NCBI GenBank assembly: GCA_000965745.1
Contig: CP009479.1
Location: 1,408,001-1,472,000, forward strand
Direction: 5' to 3'
Origin: an uncultured archaeon
GTDB lineage: Archaea; Thermoplasmatota; Thermoplasmata; Thermoplasmatales; Thermoplasmataceae
Length of the DNA stretch: 64,000 nt
How positions within the stretch are numbered: position 1 is the stretch's first letter; each line of letters opens with the position of its first letter. The translations under genes were made by a program, and so were the position numbers. Shown here one piece after another: positions 48,391 to 59,185 of this stretch. A model generated the notes under the pieces. The model made no database searches and was not told the origin of the DNA. It saw only the letters and a list, made by a program, of their open reading frames with translations.

Positions 48391-50226
48391 ATGATTGTGT
48401 CTGAGGAAAGAGACAGGTATCCGGAGATCAGATTCGCCAACGACTTCGAGCTGAGCAAGAATGCTCCGTTCAAGGCGGTTGACGAGTTCGTCAACGAGAT
48501 GGGGCATCTGATAAATCCCGAAATGATGATTCTTAGAGTAACTCTGAGTCTTTGTCCGATCTGTGTTGACGACGAGAAGTTTGATCAGATGAGGATACCC
48601 GCGATAGTGTACGAAAATGCTGGTGAAGTGAAACTCGTTAAGGAATGCGAGGAGCACGGAGTGACTGAAGAAAAATACTGGGAAGACTATGAAATGTACC
48701 AGGAGGCCAAGAAATGGCTCGACCCTGGTGTAAAGATTCTCAACCCACATGTTGCATACCTTGAATCAAAGATCAAGTGCCCAACACACTGTGGACTTTG
48801 TGTTAAGCACAAATCACACACAGGACTTGGAAACGTTGTTGTAACGAACAGATGTGACCTTTCCTGCTGGTACTGTTTCTTCTACGCGAAGGAAGATGAG
48901 CCAATATATGAGCCATCACAGGACCAGGTCAGGATGATGCTCAGAAGAATGAGAAACGAGAAGCCAGTCGGGGCAAACGCCGTCCAGATTACTGGTGGAG
49001 AGCCAGCAATAAGGGACGACATCATTGACATAATCAAGATAGCAAGAGAAGAGGGCTATGAGCATATACAGCTCAACACAAACAGTGTAAGAGCAGCCTT
49101 TGACCCGGACTTCCCCAAGAAGATCAGAGGTGCAGGCTCAAATGTCATATACACAAGCTTTGACGGCCCAACACCGAGATCCAACCCAAAGAACTTTTGG
49201 GAAATCCCCGCAGCTCTTGAAAATTACAAGAATGCACCTCTTGGTGTTGTCCTCGTTCCGACAGTCATTGGCGGAATAAACGACATGTATCTGGGAGACA
49301 TGATCAAGTTCGGTCTGTCCAACATAGATGTCGTAAGGGCAGTAAACTTCCAGCCGGTAAGCCTGGTAGGAAGAATGCCGGAGAGGATGAGAGCCAAGCA
49401 GAGAGTCACGATACCCGGAGCTATCAAGAAGATAGAACAGCAGACAGATGGTATGATAGGAAGGGAAGACTTCTTTACAGTGCCTTCAACTGCAAAGGTT
49501 TCAAACTTCGTAGAACAGCTCAAGGGTAAAGAAATGTACAAGCTCTCCATACACTTTGCCTGTGGAATGGGAACATACATCTTCAAGGACGATGACAGAA
49601 TCATACCGATTACGAGGTTCATCGATGTCAGAGGAATGTTCGAGTACATCGGGGAACTCGCAGACGAGATGAAGAACGCTTCGTTCAAGAAGATAAGGAA
49701 GGTTACCTCCACATCCAAGCTGCTTATGAGCCTGAGGAAGTTTGTCGACTACGAGAAAGCACCAAAGGACTTCAAGCTCAAGGACATGGTATACAATGCA
49801 TTCACAGACGGAGATTACCACGGCCTGAAGGCATTCCACTACAAGTCAATGTTCATTGGGTTCATGCACTTCATGGATCCATACACGTATGATGTTGACA
49901 GAGTGGAGAGGTGTGATATACACTACGCGATGCCTGATGGAAGAGTTGTTCCGTTCTGTGCTTTCAATGTCATACCAGAAATGTACAGAGACGCAACACA
50001 GAGGAAATACTCAGTACCAGCAAGGACATATGAGGAGAGGACCGGAAAGATCCTCAAGAAAGACAAATATTTCAGAGACTACAGCATGGAAGACAAGAAG
50101 AGAATCATTGACTTCTACAACAAGAGCATAGGCAGGGAACTCTCCGAAAGTGAGATAGGCCTTAATCTTAACAAGGCTATACCTGTGATACAGTCTCAAA
50201 GACCGGATGAGCAGCTCGAAGAGTAG
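48391..50226 (+). CDS. tes: Tetraether lipid synthase (GDGT-MAS, radical SAM)
   Basis: SLCPIC...CEEHG, CPTHCGLCVKH, TNRCDLSCWYCF, HFACG, RCDIHY...PFC cluster motifs; GGTGA RBS before ATG 48391. Confidence 0.9.
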   Translation: MIVSEERDRYPEIRFANDFELSKNAPFKAVDEFVNEMGHLINPEMMILRVTLSLCPICVDDEKFDQMRIPAIVYENAGEVKLVKECEEHGVTEEKYWEDYEMYQEAKKWLDPGVKILNPHVAYLESKIKCPTHCGLCVKHKSHTGLGNVVVTNRCDLSCWYCFFYAKEDEPIYEPSQDQVRMMLRRMRNEKPVGANAVQITGGEPAIRDDIIDIIKIAREEGYEHIQLNTNSVRAAFDPDFPKKIRGAGSNVIYTSFDGPTPRSNPKNFWEIPAALENYKNAPLGVVLVPTVIGGINDMYLGDMIKFGLSNIDVVRAVNFQPVSLVGRMPERMRAKQRVTIPGAIKKIEQQTDGMIGREDFFTVPSTAKVSNFVEQLKGKEMYKLSIHFACGMGTYIFKDDDRIIPITRFIDVRGMFEYIGELADEMKNASFKKIRKVTSTSKLLMSLRKFVDYEKAPKDFKLKDMVYNAFTDGDYHGLKAFHYKSMFIGFMHFMDPYTYDVDRVERCDIHYAMPDGRVVPFCAFNVIPEMYRDATQRKYSVPARTYEERTGKILKKDKYFRDYSMEDKKRIIDFYNKSIGRELSESEIGLNLNKAIPVIQSQRPDEQLEE

Positions 50227-50267
50227 CCATCCAAACAATTTTTATTTTTATTTATCATATTGACTTA

Positions 50268-50675
50268 TTGAAGTACGAGATTTTTGAACATACCGCCGAT
50301 ATTGGCATCAGGATTTTTGGGAGTAGTTACGAAGAGATTTTCAACAACTCTGTTGAATCATTTTCCGATCTTATTGTTGATACCGGATCACTTGAAGGCA
50401 GTAATGTGCAAGAAATCTCTATACGGTCAGATTCCCCTGACCTTCTGCTGGTGGACCTTCTTTCACTGATACTCTACGATTTTGAAGGCGAGGGCATATT
50501 GTATTTCAAGGCAGACCTGGAATACAGCGATGAGAATGTTTCGTTAACTGGAAGAATGTACGGGTCAGAAATACCTGAAAATGTAGATTACAGGAATGTG
50601 ATAAAGGCGGTGACTTACCACAGCTTGGAAGTGTCGCCAGAGAAAGGGTATGCAAAGGTTGTTTTTGACATTTGA
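50268..50675 (+). CDS. Archease
   Basis: EHTADIG, IKAVTYH, VVFDI. Confidence 0.93.
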   Translation: MKYEIFEHTADIGIRIFGSSYEEIFNNSVESFSDLIVDTGSLEGSNVQEISIRSDSPDLLLVDLLSLILYDFEGEGILYFKADLEYSDENVSLTGRMYGSEIPENVDYRNVIKAVTYHSLEVSPEKGYAKVVFDI

Positions 50676-50726
50676 AATGGGGCCTGGACACAAAATGTAT
50701 TAAATAAACTGAGTAATTAGCTGCCT

Positions 50727-51272
50727 ATGTCTCCATTAGTACCTAGGAAAGTATTCTTCACGAGAGGCGTGGGAAGAGGCGATAGTCTGTTGCAGTCATT
50801 CGAAGAAGCACTGAGAGATGGGGGCATTGCAGAATTCAACCTTTCAAGCATAAGCTCTATATTCCCGCCATTTGCAGAAATTGTGGACAGGGACGAAGGC
50901 CTTGAGCTTCTGTCCCCTGGCCAGATACTTTTCACGGTACTTGCGCGTAATTCTTCAAATGAACTCAACAGGATGGTATCATCCGCCATAGGATATGCTA
51001 TACCCACGGACAGGAGCAAGTGGGGTTATCTAAGCGAGCACCACAGTTTTGGTGAAACTGAAAAAGTCTCCGGCTTCTTTGCCGAAAAACTTGCTGCTGA
51101 AATGCTTGCTAGTACAATGGGTGAAGCGGATAACCTGACCTGGGACAAGGATAAGGAAGAATATGTTCTGGTGGACAAGATACTTGCAACAAAGAACATA
51201 TGTTCCACTGCAGTTGTTCTCAAGGCAGGTGAATGGACTACCACAATAGCCGCGGCTGTTCTTATTGTTTAG
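50727..51272 (+). CDS. pdaD: Pyruvoyl-dependent arginine decarboxylase
   Basis: [25 protein letters not shown] (Ser-Ser cleavage site), GYLSEHH. Confidence 0.88.
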   Translation: MSPLVPRKVFFTRGVGRGDSLLQSFEEALRDGGIAEFNLSSISSIFPPFAEIVDRDEGLELLSPGQILFTVLARNSSNELNRMVSSAIGYAIPTDRSKWGYLSEHHSFGETEKVSGFFAEKLAAEMLASTMGEADNLTWDKDKEEYVLVDKILATKNICSTAVVLKAGEWTTTIAAAVLIV

Positions 51273-51281
51273 TGATACATC

Positions 51282-54110
51282 ATGGAGAAAGAAACAGAAG
51301 AAAAATGGCAGGAGAAATGGGCTGAATCGAAGATATTTGAACCTTCCACAGATCCGGATAAAGAGAAATTCTTCATAACTGTGCCTTGGCCATATGTAAA
51401 CGGTTCCCTCCACGTTGGCCATGGGAGGACATACACCCTTGCAGACATAATTGCAAGATACAAGAGATCAGAAGGGTACAACGTTCTTTTTCCAATGGCC
51501 TTTCACCAGTCGGGAACACCTATTCTTGCTTTCTCACAGAGGCTGAGAATGGGGGACCCTTCAACTATAAAACTCTACAGAGACTATATACTCCAGTACG
51601 AAAGTGAAGAAAAGGTAGAGGAAAGGCTGAAGAGTTTTGAGGAACCAAAAAACATAGCTGACTATTTCTCAAAGGCTGTCATAAGCGATTTCAGGTCCCT
51701 TGGGTACTCAATCGACTGGACCAGAATCTTCACATCGGCTGACCAGGAATACCAGGAGTTTGTCAGATGGCAATTTGAAAAGCTGAACTCTCTCGGTCTT
51801 ATCAAGAAAGGGAGCTACCCTGTCCTGTACAGCAAGGTGGACGACAATGCCGTAGGCGAAGACGACATCAAGGATGGCGACACGGACAAAGTCTCCATAG
51901 AGGAATTCACCGGTGTAATATTCAAGGGAAACGCGTTCTCGCTTATAGCAGCGTCACTGAGGCCGGAGACAATTTTCGGGATAACCAATATCTGGATAGG
52001 AAAGGAACTCGACTATGTTGTGTGCAGGTTTTCAGGAAACAGCTATGTTGTGACAAAAGAATCATTCCAGAAACTCAAGCTTCAGATTCACGATGCCGAA
52101 TTAATAAGGGAGGTTCCAAACAGTGAGATTCTCGCACAGGAATATGAAGTTCCGGAAACTGGAAAGAAGGTCAGGGCACTCGAAACCACTTTTGTTGATC
52201 CAGACAACGGAACTGGCGTGGTCTACTCCGTCCCCGGGCATTCAATCTGGGATTACGTGGCACTTGATCCGGAGGAGAGGGAAAACATCCCGCGCATAAT
52301 AGAAATGCCCAAAAACCAGAACATGAATGTCGAAGGCCTTGTTAAAAAACTTCAAATTCAGTCTGTAAACGACAGGGAAAAACTACTGGAAGCTACTCAG
52401 ATCCTTTACAAAGATGAGTTTTACAACGGATTTATGAACAACGAATGCGGCCAGTTCGCGGGCATGTCTGTAAACGAGGCGAGGGAAAAAATAAAAGAGA
52501 CACTCCTTTCGGAAGGTAAGGCAATCAAATTTCTGGAGACTTCAAGGAAGGCTGAAACCAGGTCAGGATCCAAGGTTGTTGTCGCCGTTCTCCAGGATCA
52601 ATGGTTCATAGATTATTCCCCCGACTGGCTTAAAAAGAAAGCCCATGACCTTGTCAACTCAATGTACTATTATCCTGAATACTACAGAGCAGCCATGAAC
52701 GACGCAGTCGACTGGCTGAGGGAGAGGCCCTGTGCCAGAAGAAGGGGTCTGGGGACGAGGCTCCCTTTCGATGACAGGTGGATCATAGAATCCCTGTCTG
52801 ACTCTACAATTTATCCGGCAGTATACACATGCATACAGGAGCTGAAGAATATATATGCAGAGCTTGGAAAAATTCCGGACGACGTAACTGAATACATATT
52901 CTCGAGTGGTGATGAGAAGTTATTAGCCTCATACTCTGAAGCAGTGGCGGAAAATTGCAATAACGCAAGAAAACACTTTACTTACTGGTATGGCGTTGAT
53001 ATACGCCTGACAGCTTACCCTCACCTTTCAAACCACCTTTCATTCTATGTAATGAATCATGCCGCACTTTTCAAAGAACCATTTCTGCCCAAGGGGCTGA
53101 TAATATCGGGACTTGTTGTATCAAACGGTGCGAAGATTTCCAAAAGCAAGGGCAATGTAATCTCCCTAATGACCATTTCAAACCACTATTCCGCCGATAT
53201 CTACAGGCTCTATGTTGCCATTCAGGCCGACATACAATCCACTCTTGACTGGAATGAGAATGACCTCAGGACGATAATCAAGAAATATGACTCACTGAGA
53301 GAGCTGTTCGCCAGGATAGACCTAAACAAGAACGTCAACCCTTCATACATTGACCTTTGGTTCCTCGCTAGATTCAACAGAAGAATGGAGGATTTCAGGA
53401 AAAACATGGGCGGATTCAATATCAGGGCAGCATATGTGAGCATATTCTACGAAGTCCTGAACGATATCAGAAGGCTCGAGGCCAGGGGAGGGGACATGAA
53501 CACTTCAATGAAATATATAATCAGGGAGTGGCTTGTTGCACTTTCGGCTGCTATCCCGCATGTTTGCGAGGAACTGTGGCATGAGCATGTTGAAGACTCT
53601 TTTGTGAGTTCTGCCACCCTTACTTCAACAGCCAGGAATGCCCTGAATGAACTCTTCTCGTCAATGAAAGGGGAACTTGAAAAGATATTCCCCGCAGAAC
53701 TTATTTCATCAATAGAGGGCAACCATGAGAAGATTACTGACCTGCTGCTGTCGTCTGAGGAATACATTTCAGGAATTGAAAACGATATAAGGGAGATCAT
53801 CAGGGCCACTGGAATTTCGCCCAAGGGGATCGATGTGGCCGTTCCGGATGATAGCATTATCCAAGCCTCAAGACACCTGATCAATAACGAGAGGGACTCG
53901 CTCATGCCTGAACAGAAGCGCATGATCCCTGAGTTCATGAAAGTCAGGAAAAATATCTCTTTCCACGAATTTGATGAGTACTCCCTGCTGTCCAATAACT
54001 CTGAATACCTCGGGAAGGTGTTCTCTGCAACCGTCAAAGTGAAGAAGACGGGCCCGGTAATGAAGGGAAAGAACCCATGGCCGGGACGCCCGCTGATAAG
54101 GCTAGAGTAG
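51282..54110 (+). CDS. leuS: Leucine--tRNA ligase (archaeal type)
   Basis: WPYVNGSLHVGH, LRPET, GLGTRLP, IESLSDSTIY, KISKS. Confidence 0.96.
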   Translation: MEKETEEKWQEKWAESKIFEPSTDPDKEKFFITVPWPYVNGSLHVGHGRTYTLADIIARYKRSEGYNVLFPMAFHQSGTPILAFSQRLRMGDPSTIKLYRDYILQYESEEKVEERLKSFEEPKNIADYFSKAVISDFRSLGYSIDWTRIFTSADQEYQEFVRWQFEKLNSLGLIKKGSYPVLYSKVDDNAVGEDDIKDGDTDKVSIEEFTGVIFKGNAFSLIAASLRPETIFGITNIWIGKELDYVVCRFSGNSYVVTKESFQKLKLQIHDAELIREVPNSEILAQEYEVPETGKKVRALETTFVDPDNGTGVVYSVPGHSIWDYVALDPEERENIPRIIEMPKNQNMNVEGLVKKLQIQSVNDREKLLEATQILYKDEFYNGFMNNECGQFAGMSVNEAREKIKETLLSEGKAIKFLETSRKAETRSGSKVVVAVLQDQWFIDYSPDWLKKKAHDLVNSMYYYPEYYRAAMNDAVDWLRERPCARRRGLGTRLPFDDRWIIESLSDSTIYPAVYTCIQELKNIYAELGKIPDDVTEYIFSSGDEKLLASYSEAVAENCNNARKHFTYWYGVDIRLTAYPHLSNHLSFYVMNHAALFKEPFLPKGLIISGLVVSNGAKISKSKGNVISLMTISNHYSADIYRLYVAIQADIQSTLDWNENDLRTIIKKYDSLRELFARIDLNKNVNPSYIDLWFLARFNRRMEDFRKNMGGFNIRAAYVSIFYEVLNDIRRLEARGGDMNTSMKYIIREWLVALSAAIPHVCEELWHEHVEDSFVSSATLTSTARNALNELFSSMKGELEKIFPAELISSIEGNHEKITDLLLSSEEYISGIENDIREIIRATGISPKGIDVAVPDDSIIQASRHLINNERDSLMPEQKRMIPEFMKVRKNISFHEFDEYSLLSNNSEYLGKVFSATVKVKKTGPVMKGKNPWPGRPLIRLE

Positions 54111-54158
54111 GCGCGGGCAAGTGGCATAATTAATTATAATCAGGTATTATCAAAGAAT

Positions 54159-56132
54159 ATGAAATCCAAGTGGTCAGACAGAAACTTTCAGGACGATCTG
54201 GATGAACGCGTTTATTCTTCAAGGCTTCTGGGCCAGGATGAAACACTGGTCCTTCATGGCGGGGGCAACACCTCAGTGAAAACGGAAGAAACAGACCATA
54301 CTGGCAGGAAAGCCAGGGTGCTCAGGGTGAAGGGAAGCGGATCGAATCTTGCTACTATGGAGAGGAAAGGCTTTACCGGTGTCAGAATGGAAGATCTTCT
54401 GGCCGCTGAAAACATAGAAAAAATGACTGATCAGCAGATGGTGGATTATCTGAAGAAAAGCATGGTAGACCCATCAGAACCATCACCATCAGTTGAAACA
54501 TTCCTTCACGCATTCTTGCCATTCAAGTTCATAGATCACTCGCATTCGGACGCGATTCTGTCAATTACCAATACGGGGATGACTGCCGATGAGATAAGGA
54601 AGATTCTGCCAAGCGTGCTTGTTGTCCCGTACATTCCACCGGGCTTCAAGCTTGCAAAGGCAATGCTGAGCCATGTGGCATCAATAGACAAGAGTGTGGA
54701 AGGCATAGTGCTATCGAAACATGGTCTATTTACTTTCGGAGACACTGCCAGGGAGAGTTACGAAAGGCACATAAGAGTCGTTGACAAAGCTGAGAAATAC
54801 GTCGAAGAAAAGCTGAAGGGTGAAAGATTCAGGAAGGTTTACGACAAGGCGGACGAGAACGCAGTGGAGGAAGCACTCCCAATGATAAGGGGGAAGCTTT
54901 CAAAGGTCAGGAAGAAGATCCTCAGAGTGGACAGGGAAGGGGAAGCCCTGAAAATTTCCCTCTCGGAGGAGGGTAAAAAATTCAGCCAGTTCGGCCCCGC
55001 CACGCCGGACATGCTAATCAGGACAAAATACGACTATCTCTACATCGACAATGTGGAAAATGCAGCGGAACTAATTGAGAAGTTCGCTGAGAATTACAGG
55101 TCAGAGTATGGAAAATATGTGGAGGGATTCCCCATGCACGATCCGTACCCAGCAGTAATCGTGGTAAGGGGGTACGGCATCATAACCGCCGGAATTTCAG
55201 CAAAGGAAGCAGAAGTCATTCATGACCAGGTACTCCATACATTTCAAGTGAACTTCAACGCTTCCTCCCTTGGAAAGCATGAGTTCATCTCAAAGAAGAA
55301 AGCATACGACATGGAGTACTGGCCCCTTGAAGAGGCAAAACTAAAAAAATTCAAGCCGAAGCAGCTTCAGGGGACAGTCTCATTCGTTTCTGGTGCAGCC
55401 AGCGGAATAGGGCTTGAAGCGTTCAGGAAACTATCGGAAAACGGTTCAGTAGTCATAGCGTGCGATATTGATCCAGCAATGAAGGAGATAGCAGAAGAAG
55501 TGGAAAGGGAGACCGGAACACCTTCATTGCCATTCGTATTGGATCTATCAGACGAGGATGGTATAACCGGGATGTTCAGGATTGCTGTGAAAACCCTTGG
55601 GGGTGTTGACATTGTGTTCAACAATGCCGGGGTTCTTAAGAGCGCCCCATTTGACGAAGTGAATGTATCCGACCTAGACCTGCATTACAGGGTAAACTCA
55701 AGGGCGAGTTTCATTGTGTCAAGGGAAGCATTCAGGATAATGAAGAGGCAGGGAACCGGCGGAAATTTTGTCTTCAACATCACAAAGAATCTCCTCCATC
55801 CAGGCCCGGGAATGACCTCATACGGATCATCCAAGGCCTTTGCAGCACAAGTATGCCATTACATTGCCAAGGAAGGCGGAAAATATGGAATAAGGGCCAA
55901 TATCATCAACCCTGACAAGGTCTTCAAGGGGTCGAAGATATGGGAAAACGGAGTCCTGGAGGCAAGAGCAAAGGCAAAGGGCCAGACAGTTGAGGAATAC
56001 AAGACGCAGAACCTTCTGAGAAGGGAAGTCCTCCCGGAACACGTCGCCAATATGCTTCTTGCAATAGTCAATGAGGACATATTCGGGGCCACAACTGACG
56101 CGATGATTCCCATAGACGGAGGAGTAGTATAG
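54159..56132 (+). CDS. Bifunctional class II aldolase / short-chain dehydrogenase (RhaD-SDR, YuxG-like)
   Basis: LVLHGGGNTSVK, VKGSG, PSVETFLH, DHSH, EYWPLEEAK; SDR motifs GAASGIG, NNAG, YGSSK. Confidence 0.9.
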   Translation: MKSKWSDRNFQDDLDERVYSSRLLGQDETLVLHGGGNTSVKTEETDHTGRKARVLRVKGSGSNLATMERKGFTGVRMEDLLAAENIEKMTDQQMVDYLKKSMVDPSEPSPSVETFLHAFLPFKFIDHSHSDAILSITNTGMTADEIRKILPSVLVVPYIPPGFKLAKAMLSHVASIDKSVEGIVLSKHGLFTFGDTARESYERHIRVVDKAEKYVEEKLKGERFRKVYDKADENAVEEALPMIRGKLSKVRKKILRVDREGEALKISLSEEGKKFSQFGPATPDMLIRTKYDYLYIDNVENAAELIEKFAENYRSEYGKYVEGFPMHDPYPAVIVVRGYGIITAGISAKEAEVIHDQVLHTFQVNFNASSLGKHEFISKKKAYDMEYWPLEEAKLKKFKPKQLQGTVSFVSGAASGIGLEAFRKLSENGSVVIACDIDPAMKEIAEEVERETGTPSLPFVLDLSDEDGITGMFRIAVKTLGGVDIVFNNAGVLKSAPFDEVNVSDLDLHYRVNSRASFIVSREAFRIMKRQGTGGNFVFNITKNLLHPGPGMTSYGSSKAFAAQVCHYIAKEGGKYGIRANIINPDKVFKGSKIWENGVLEARAKAKGQTVEEYKTQNLLRREVLPEHVANMLLAIVNEDIFGATTDAMIPIDGGVV

Positions 56133-57095
56133 TCAAAGGAAATGCCGGATAACCTTTGACATCTTGAAATCTATGCCAAACATCTCAAGGTCTTTCTTTG
56201 CCAGCCTTGCTGAACTCAAATCGGAAAGGCCCAGTTTTGTCCCGGACTGAATCTTGTATACAAGTGCCCTCAATTTTTCATAGTATCCAAACTCCCTGAA
56301 GAGTTTCGCCTTATAGTCTTCCGCGATCCTTTCAGGCTCACTATGCTTCTTCAAAGCCTGAAAGAGAAATTCTGCAGACTTTATCGAGGGGACTATTCCT
56401 TCGCCGCTGATCGGGGATACGGTCCCAACCGCCTCCCCCACTCCAATTATGTTGCCTCTGGAAACATTGTCAAACAGTGGGGCAAGCCTGATCATCCTGC
56501 CTGTTACAACTTCCCTGGCATAGCCGGATAATTTCTCGTTGATTATTTCAAGGCTGTCTGATCCTGCCCCGACATGGTACTTGCCGCCAAGTGGAAACTC
56601 CCAGAAATACCCATGGCCTCCCTCAAAGAAATAGAAGTAGAAATCGTCGTGGGCCGATCCCGGAGAAAGGTATTCCCTGGCATACATCCTGTAATCTTCA
56701 GGATGAGGCCCAAGCAGAGCCCTGCTTATTCCAGTGGCGTCCACCATTACGTCAGCATTTTCCATTTTTGCAGACGCCCCTCTGTGGAGTCCCCGAACCA
56801 TGTCCTCTTCAAGCCTTTTTTTCTCTATGGTGCACATCCCGCGGGCATTGAATGAGATCTCACCGAAATTATGGCCCGAAAATATTACATTCTGCGCCCG
56901 GCTCAAGACGTATTCCCCAATCCCCATCCCAATATTATTGAGGTAGGTGTCCAGGAGAAATTCGTTCGTGGCATAACCGCATGGGAGGTAGTAGCCCTCT
57001 CTCTTGGGGTCGTATGCAGAAACGTCAAACCCATCGTCATTGAGTCTTCTGAAGAGGTATGAACCCGCAACTCCTAATCCGGAAATATGGATCAT
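56133..57095 (-). CDS. FAD-dependent oxidoreductase, geranylgeranyl reductase-like family
   Basis: GLGVAG, PCG, DATG, GYFWEFP, GEAVGTVSPISGEGI. Confidence 0.8.
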   Translation of the reverse strand: MIHISGLGVAGSYLFRRLNDDGFDVSAYDPKREGYYLPCGYATNEFLLDTYLNNIGMGIGEYVLSRAQNVIFSGHNFGEISFNARGMCTIEKKRLEEDMVRGLHRGASAKMENADVMVDATGISRALLGPHPEDYRMYAREYLSPGSAHDDFYFYFFEGGHGYFWEFPLGGKYHVGAGSDSLEIINEKLSGYAREVVTGRMIRLAPLFDNVSRGNIIGVGEAVGTVSPISGEGIVPSIKSAEFLFQALKKHSEPERIAEDYKAKLFREFGYYEKLRALVYKIQSGTKLGLSDLSSARLAKKDLEMFGIDFKMSKVIRHFL

Positions 57096-57147
57096 GTTCC
57101 GTTACGCATATGATATATTCATTAAATTTCTTGGCATTTTGTTCAGG

Positions 57148-57915
57148 ATGTACTATCTTCTCAAATTCGGGTATGACGGCAGGTGCTTCACAGGGTATCA
57201 GCGCGGCAACGGGCATAGGAGCGTGGAAGACTCCATACTGGAGGCAATGGGGAAATATGGGATATCCGATAGCTTTTCAAGCGCAGCGAGAACGGACAGG
57301 GGAGTATCTGCAGCAGGCAATGTCATAGTCTTCAAGTCAGGCATGGAGATAGGCAAAATAACCGGGATATTGAATTCCCAGGTCAGGGGAATGATCTTTC
57401 ATTCATACGCCGAAGTTGACAGGAGCTTCAGGGTCAGGTTCTCAAGCATGAAGCACTACCGGTACTTTCTCAACAGCAGAGGTATTGATGCGGCCAGGTT
57501 CAGGAGGACCATGGGCATGTTCTCAGGAACTCACGATTTCTCCCTGTTTTCAAGAAAAGACTCAAGATCCCCGGTCAGAACCGTTGAAAGCGTATCGGTA
57601 ATCGAAAGGGATGGCTTTCTGGAGGTGAATATTTTCGGCCCTAATTTTGTCTGGAACCAGATTCGGTACATGGTAGGGTTTGCGAGATTCTACTCGGCCG
57701 GGAGTGAGGAGGTGCCATATCCGTTCGACCTTCAGCACCGGAAGTGGCCTCTTGCTGCATCGGATCCGCTCATTCTCATGAATATAGATTACAAGGATCT
57801 GGACTTCAAGAGATCTATCAACAAGAAGAAAGTTGGCTTATGGGGGCGTCAACTGATGGATCTGCGATTACACGCCGCAGTCCTGGACAGCATAATTAAC
57901 ATTGCGTATGAATGA
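57148..57915 (+). CDS. truA: tRNA pseudouridine(38-40) synthase
   Basis: YDGRCFTGYQ, ARTDRGVSA, YRY, GTHDFS, FVWNQIRYMVG. ATG 57148. Confidence 0.9.
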   Translation: MYYLLKFGYDGRCFTGYQRGNGHRSVEDSILEAMGKYGISDSFSSAARTDRGVSAAGNVIVFKSGMEIGKITGILNSQVRGMIFHSYAEVDRSFRVRFSSMKHYRYFLNSRGIDAARFRRTMGMFSGTHDFSLFSRKDSRSPVRTVESVSVIERDGFLEVNIFGPNFVWNQIRYMVGFARFYSAGSEEVPYPFDLQHRKWPLAASDPLILMNIDYKDLDFKRSINKKKVGLWGRQLMDLRLHAAVLDSIINIAYE

Positions 57916-57970
57916 TTCGCCAGGCCAGTCACCAACTTAAATATATTAGGTTGTAAAAACTAAAGGTAGA

Positions 57971-59176
57971 ATGAATTACCGGGTTCAGGCAGTTTCAATC
58001 AACGCCGCAAGGGCGGTGTATGCACTGAACTGGTTTGACATTGCACCCGGATTGAAATACATAGCACAGTCGCTGGATTTGCAGATAGTTCAGCTTGGCA
58101 TTGTCACTACAGGCTTCTATGTTGGCCTTGCATCCTTTCAGCTTTTCGGCGGATATTTCGCTTCCAGGATAGGCAACAGGAGGACTGAAACAATAGGGCT
58201 GCTGATACTCGGCTTTTCAGTAATGGGATCAGGCATTGCACCTAACCTGGGCATCCTGTTCCTGACGCGCCTTCTTGCTGGATTCGGCTCCGCGTTCTTC
58301 TTCTCCCCTGCACTTGGCATGCTCGCTGAAATAGTTCCAGATGAAAAGTACAGTTTCTACGTTGGGGCCTTCAACGGGTCTTTCAACATTGGCGCGGCAG
58401 TTGGTGTGCTTGGCTGGGTCTATATTGACGAAACTCTTGGCTGGAGGATAGGACTGATCATAGGCGGGGCAATGACAGTGGCCATGGCCATAGAGAACTA
58501 CCTTGTCCTAAGGGGTGTTGTAGTCCACACAAGCCGTGGGCGTGATCTTTTCACCAAGGTGAAGACGACACTCAGGGAACGGGCGATGTGGATACTCCCC
58601 ATCGCCGGTATCGGCAGCATGGTGTCTGAAACTGTCATGGGCCAGTTTTTCGTTTATTACGCCGAGCAGTCACTGAATTTCTCTCCATCGCTTTCAGGCT
58701 CCCTCGGCTTCATGTTTCTCATAGTGGGTTTCCTCGGAGGCATCATTGGAGGGTACCAGTATGGCAGGACAAAGCACAAGAACGCTACTTTTGTTTCAGT
58801 GCTCGTTCTTACGGGAGTCCTTACGATGGCGATTCCTTTCCTGTCCTCTCCCCTGTCGATTGCCATGCTGGCAGTACTGCTTGGTCTTGTCGTGGTAGAC
58901 GGGTTCTCTATACTGTACACAATAGCCGCTAAACTTGCACCTGATAAGTCTATGGTCTCATTCTCACTCTCTTTTGTCAACTTCATGCAGCAGGCAATCG
59001 GAGCAACTTTTCCATTCATTTTCACAAGTATAGTGTATTTCTCCGGCTACACTACCTCATGGGTGGTCATGGGTGCAATTTCGTTCCTGTCGGTCATTCT
59101 GTTTCCACTGGCAGCAGGGAAACACCAGAGACCTGTAAGCGGGGTGGCTAAAGTGGATTTTAATATTTACAAATAA
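57971..59176 (+). CDS. MFS transporter
   Basis: About 12 TM helices; GYFASRIGNRR, RLLAGFG. Confidence 0.88.
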   Translation: MNYRVQAVSINAARAVYALNWFDIAPGLKYIAQSLDLQIVQLGIVTTGFYVGLASFQLFGGYFASRIGNRRTETIGLLILGFSVMGSGIAPNLGILFLTRLLAGFGSAFFFSPALGMLAEIVPDEKYSFYVGAFNGSFNIGAAVGVLGWVYIDETLGWRIGLIIGGAMTVAMAIENYLVLRGVVVHTSRGRDLFTKVKTTLRERAMWILPIAGIGSMVSETVMGQFFVYYAEQSLNFSPSLSGSLGFMFLIVGFLGGIIGGYQYGRTKHKNATFVSVLVLTGVLTMAIPFLSSPLSIAMLAVLLGLVVVDGFSILYTIAAKLAPDKSMVSFSLSFVNFMQQAIGATFPFIFTSIVYFSGYTTSWVVMGAISFLSVILFPLAAGKHQRPVSGVAKVDFNIYK

Positions 59177-59185
59177 TATCTAGCT

